Shown here in pieces: positions 58,948-64,000 of a stretch of DNA of 64,000 nt. The notes under the pieces were generated by a model that was given only the letters and a program-made list of their open reading frames with translations, had not been told where the DNA came from and did not search any database. Location of the stretch: positions 5,518,001 to 5,582,000 of the forward strand of contig NW_027139559.1 in NCBI RefSeq assembly GCF_035084215.1, read 5' to 3'. This DNA is from Heptranchias perlo (Eukaryota). Numbering within the stretch: position 1 is the stretch's first letter; the number at the start of each line of letters is the position of its first letter. Position numbers and translations under genes: made by a program.

Positions 58948-60445
58948 ATCCTCTGTATACATCTACTGCTCTTGCGATGTGTCCCAACATACCCGATGTA
59001 TATATCAGCTGCTCTTGCAATGTGTTTTTTTATTCGTTCATGGGATGTGGGCGTCGCTGGCAAGGCCAGCATTTATTGCACATCCCATGAAGGTTGTTTT
59101 TGTGACTGGAAGCCTGTGGCCAGTGGGGTACCACAGGGATCGGTGCTGGGTCCCTTGCTGTTTGTGGTCTACATTAATGACTTGGATATGAATGTAAAAG
59201 GTATGATCAGGAAGTTCGCTGATGATACAAAAATTGGTAGGGTGGTAAATAGCGAGGAGGATAGCCTCAGTCTGCAGGACGATATAGATGGGTTGGTCAG
59301 ATGGGCGGAACAGTGGCAAATGGAATTTAACCCGGAAAAGTGCGAGGTGATGCACTTTGGAGGGACTAACAAGGCAAGGGAATACACAATGAATGGGAGG
59401 ACCCTAGGCAAGACAGAGGGTCAGAGGGATCTTGGTGTGCAAGTTCACAGATCCCTGAAGGCGGCGCGACAGGTCGATAAGGTGGTAAAGAAGGCATATG
59501 GGATACTTGCCTTTATTAGCCGAGGCATAGAATATAAGAGCAAGGAGGTTATGATGGAGCTGTATAAAACACTGCTTAGGCCACAGCTGGAGTACTGTGT
59601 GCAGTTCTGGTCGCCACACTACAGGAAGGATGTGATCGCTTTGGAGAGGGTGCAGAGGAGATTCACCAGGATGTTAACAGGGCTGGAGCGCTTCAGCTAT
59701 GAAGAGAGACTGGGAAGATTGGGTTTGTTTTCCTTGGAGCAGAGGAGGCTGAGGGGGGACATGATTGAGGTGTACAAAATTATGAGGGGCACAGATAGGA
59801 TGGATACTAAGGAGCTTTTTCCCTTCGTTGAGGGTTCTATAACAAGGGGACATAGATTCAAGGTAAAAGGCGGGAGGTTTAGAGGGGATTTGAGAAAGAA
59901 CTTTTTCACCCAGAGGGTGGTTGGAGTCTGGAACTCACTGCCTGAAAGTGTTGTGGAGGCAGGAACCCTCACAACATTCAAGAAGCATTTGGATGAGCAC
60001 TTGAAATGCCACAGCATACAAGGCTACGGACCAAATGCTGGAATATGGGATTAGAGTAGACAGGGCTGATGGCCGGCGCGGACACGATGGGCCGAAGGGC
60101 CTCTATCCGTGCTGTATAACTCTATGACTCTATGACACGTGTCCTAACACACCCTCTGTATACATCCACTGCTCTTACCACGTGTGCTAACACACCCTCT
60201 GTATTCATCCACTGCTCTCACCATGTGTCCTAACACACACTCTGTACACATCCACTGCTCTTGCCATGTGTCCTTACATATCCTCTATATAGATCCACTG
60301 CTCTTGCCATGTGTCCTAACATATCTTCTGTATACATCCACTGCTCTTGCCATGTGTTCTAAGACACACTTTGTATTCATCCACTGCTCTTGCGATGAAA
60401 TCAACAAAACCTTTGTTCACATCCTCTGGTCTTGCGATGTGTCTG
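58948..60445. repeat. 43-bp tandem array split by a LINE insertion (units at 58948-59024 and 60137-60445)
   Basis: Unit GTGTCCTAACACACCCTCTGTATACATCCACTGCTCTTGCCAT is present on both sides of the insertion. Confidence 0.9.
59088..60136 (+). mobile_element. Young 5'-truncated CR1 LINE, with an uninterrupted ORF2 C-terminal ~320 codons
   Basis: [22 protein letters not shown]...KFADDTK...WQMEFNPEKCEVMHFG...GYGPNAGIWD* (stop 60054), then the 3' UTR and a (CTCTATGA)2 tail. Confidence 0.95.
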
Positions 60446-60669
60446 AACAACGTATTTGTTTTTTAAATCTTTCCTCACACATTCTCAAAATGAATGGTGA
60501 CGTTTCTATCCTCACTCCCGAGTCTTTGACCAAAAGTTGCCATTTTCAGTTTCTTCATTGTACACTTGTGTCCTTTGCTCTGTTAGCCCAATATGAAATA
60601 GAAATCACATTCTTTACTGTCATATATACCACGGTCTAAGAAGTAATGATGAATTTCACGAAGGCAATG

Positions 60670-61455
60670 GCTACTCAACAGTTTAACTGCCATGTGCAGT
60701 TTTAGGCGCTCCATTAAAGAAAGAATATAAATGTCACAGACCGCGTTCCAAGTAGATTCACGAGGGGATGCCAGGAATGGAAGTTAGATCATTAAAATTG
60801 ATGGGATTTTTCGAGTTGATCAGAAAAGCCGAAGAAGAGATTCATTGAGCTTTTCAGAATTATGGAGGATTTTAATTGGATGGATAGGGAAATCTATTTC
60901 CTTTGATTGGGGAGTCAATGATGAAGAGTGATCAATTTAAAATTGTAATTAAGAGAGTCAGGAGACCGGCTTTGAGAAATCGTTATAATTGGAGGGTTGT
61001 TTGAGACGCAACACGGTCAATGGTTGTGGCAAAGAACAGGAGAGTGTTAGGGGAAAACTAAATAATTATAAGAAGGAGAGAAAATAACAGGGCTACAAAA
61101 AGAGAGAGCGAAAGTGGGATTCGTTTGGGATTGATACAGGGCTATGTGGAAAGAGAGGGGCATTGAGATTAGTTTTCGATTGATACAGGGCTTTGGGCAG
61201 ATAGCGAGATAGTGGGATTAGTTTGGGATTAATACAGGGCAATGGAGTGAGAGCAGGGCAGTGGGATTAATCTTGGATTGGTACCGTGCTACGGGGAGAG
61301 AGGGTGTCAGTGCGGGTAGTATAGGCTTGAAATAGAGTTATGGGAAGATAATGTGGCTTAATTGGATAGCTCTTTCAAAGGAAGCAGCACAAGCACGATC
61401 GGTCGAATGGCCTCATACTGTGCTCCGTCATTTTTTGCTTCTATGGTCCTGTGAT
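60670..61455 (+). mobile_element. Old CR1 3' end grading into the downstream minisatellite
   Basis: Degenerate VQF.A, RFTR.MPG and LIELFRIM remnants. A CR1 3' UTR (GATAGCTCTTTCAAAG...GAATGGCCTC) lies at 61355-61455. Confidence 0.75.
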
Positions 61456-64000
61456 TGATACAGGGTTATGGGAAGAGTGTGGTAAGTTTCAGTTTGATAC
61501 AGGGCCATGGCTTGAAAGTGGGACAGTTGGATTAGTCTTGGATTGATACACATTTACCGTCAAAGAGAAGGGCAGTGGGATTATTTGAGTTTGATACGGG
61601 GCCATATCAAAGAATAGGGCATTGGGATTAGATTGGAATTGATAAAGGACAATGGGGAGAAAGCGGAGAGTGTGATTAGTCTGGGATTGAAGCAGGACTA
61701 TAAGGAGAGAGGGGTTCAGTGAGATTAGTCTGGGATTGCAGCAGGACTATGAGGAGAGAGGGGTTCAGTGAGATTAGTCTGAGATTACAGCAGGACTATG
61801 AGGAGAGAGGGGGTCAGTGGGATTAGTCTAGGATTGATTCATGACTGTGAGGAGAGAGGGCGTCAGTGGGATTAGTCTAGGATTGATTCAGGACTATCAG
61901 GAGAAAGGGGGGTCATTGTGATTAATCTGGGATTGATTCAGGACAATGAGAGAGGGGGTCATTGGGATTAGTCTCGGATTGATTCAAGTCTATAAGGAGA
62001 GAGGGGGTCAGTGGGATTAGTCTGGGATTGATTCACGACAATGATGAGAGAGGGGGTAAGTGGGATTCGTCCAGGATTGATTCAGGACTATGAGGAGAGC
62101 GGGGGTCATTGTGATTTGTCTAGGATTGATTCAGGACTATGAGGAGAGAGGGGGTCAGTTGGATTAGTTTGGGAATGACTCAGGCCCATGTGGAGAGAGA
62201 GGGTCAGTGGGATTAGTCTGGGATTGATTCAGGACTATGGGGAGAGAGTAGTTGAATGGGAATAGTCGAGGATTGTTTCAGGACGATAAGGAGAGAGGGG
62301 GTCAGTGGGATTAGTCTGGGATGTAATCAGGATATGGGGAGAGAGCGGTTCAGTGCGTTCAGCCTCGGATTGATTCAGGACCAAGGGGCGAGAGGTGGAC
62401 ACCAGGATTAGTCTAGGATTGAAGCAGGACTATGTGGAAAGAGGTGGTCAGTGGGATTAGTCTGGGATTGATTCAAGACTATGCGAAGAGAGGGGGTTAG
62501 TGGGATTAGTCTGGGATTGATGCGGGACTATGGGGAGAGAGGGGCTCACTGGGATTAGTCTGGGATTGACTCATGACTATGAGGAGAGAGAATCAGTGCG
62601 ATTAGTCTGGGATTGATTCAAGACTGTGAGGAGAGAGGGGGTCAGTTGGATTATTCTGTGATTGATGCAGGAGTATTAGGAGAGAGGGGGTCAGTGGAAT
62701 TAGTCTTGGATTGAATCAGGACTATAAAGAGAGAGGGGGTTCAGTGGGATTAGTCTGGGATTGATTTAGGATATGGGGAGAGAACGGGTCAGTGAGATCA
62801 GTCAAGGATTGATTCAGGACTATGAGGAGAGAGGGGTTCAGTGGGTTTAGTCTGGGACTGATTCAGGCCTATGAGGAGAGAGGGGGTCAGTGGGATTAAT
62901 CTGGAATTGTTGCAGGACAATGAGGCCAGAGGACAGAGGGGCTCAGTGGGATTAGTCTGGGATTGGTGCAGGTCTATGAGGAGAGAGGTGGTCAGTGGCA
63001 TTAGTCTGGGATCGATTCAGGACTATGAGGAGAGAGGGGGTCACTGGGATTTGTCCGGGATTGAATCAGGACTATGAGGAGAGAGGCTGACAGTGTGATA
63101 AATCTTGGATTGATTCAGGACAATGAGCAGAGAGGGGGTCAGTTGTATTTGTCTGGGATTGATTTAGGATATGAGGAGAGAGGGGGTCAGTGGGATTAGT
63201 CTCGGATTGATTAAGGACAATGGGGCGAGAGGGGGTCATTGGGTTTATTCAGGGATTGAAGAGGAGTATGTGGAAATAGGGGGTCAGTGTGATTAGTCTG
63301 GGTTTGATTCAAGAATATTAGAAGAGAGCGGGTCAGTGTGATTCTTCTGGGATTGATTCAGGTCGATGAGGAGAGAGGGGGTCAGTGGGATTAGTCTGGG
63401 ATTGATTCAGGACTGTGAGGCGAGAGGGGATCAGTGGGATTAGTCTGGGATTGATTCAGGACTATGAGGAGAGAAGTGATCAGCGCGATTATTCTGTGAT
63501 TGATTCAGGACTATGAGGAGAGAGGGGATCAGTGGGATTAGTCTGGGATTGATTCAGGACTATGAGGGGAGAGGGGGTCAGTTTGATTATACTGTGTTTG
63601 CAGCAGGACAAGTGGTGAGAGGTGGTCATTGCGATTAGTTTCGGATTGATTCAGGACCATGGGGAGATAAGTGGTCAGTGGGATTAGTCTGGGATTAATT
63701 CAGGAATATGCGGAGAGAGGGGGTCAGTGGGATTATTCTAGGATTGATTCAGGACTATGAAGATATAGGGGGTCAATGGGATTAGTTTAGGATTCATTCA
63801 GGATTAGAGGGAGAGAGGAGATCAGTGGGATTAGTCTGGGATTGATTCAGGACTATGAGGAGAGCGGGGGTCAGTGGAATTAATCTGGGATTGATTCAGA
63901 ACTATGAGGAGAGCGGGGGTCAGTGGGATTAGTCTAGGATTGAATCAGGACTATAAAGAGAGAGGGGGTTCAGTGGGATTAGTCTGGGATTGATTTAGGA
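61087..64000. repeat. Purine/G-rich minisatellite, 49-bp unit, >50 copies, runs off the window
   Basis: Unit GATTGATTCAGGACTATGAGGAGAGAGGGGGTCAGTGGGATTAGTCTGG. Period 49 confirmed at 63381/63430. Confidence 0.97.

Noticed and set aside
58972-60054. 360-aa ORF, the longest in the window, as a host gene
   Set aside because: It is the RT/C-terminal part of a 5'-truncated CR1 ORF2. Its apparent N-terminus is tandem-repeat and inverted-tail sequence.

Overview
Vertebrate genomic DNA from a cartilaginous fish (shark; the V framework resembles dogfish-type VNAR, which is inference). The window holds one complete, apparently intact, unrearranged IgNAR (heavy-chain-only 'new antigen receptor') cluster on the + strand. 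Its order is: octamer/TATA promoter (~17.70 kb), leader exon, V exon, three D segments and one J with a 12/23-compatible RSS set (V-22 | 12-D1-23 | 12-D2-22 | 12-D3-12 | 23-J), five constant exons C1-C5, a secretory tailpiece, and two transmembrane exons (TM2 stop at 51128). All splice sites are GT-AG and in phase. Almost everything else is transposon debris: many CR1 LINE fragments, L2 LINEs, Deu-domain SINEs, a MITE, and a Penelope-like end carrying a minimal hammerhead ribozyme. There are also several minisatellites, three of which visibly derive from CR1 coding sequence with 49-50 bp periods. IgNAR itself is a known system, and I found no clearly new gene system. The most unusual signals are the LINE-derived, switch-region-like tandem arrays around the cluster, an intronic fold-back palindrome carrying two RSS heptamers, the intronic hammerhead ribozyme, and a composite two-template LINE insertion. 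Repeat boundaries and family names were judged by eye and are approximate.
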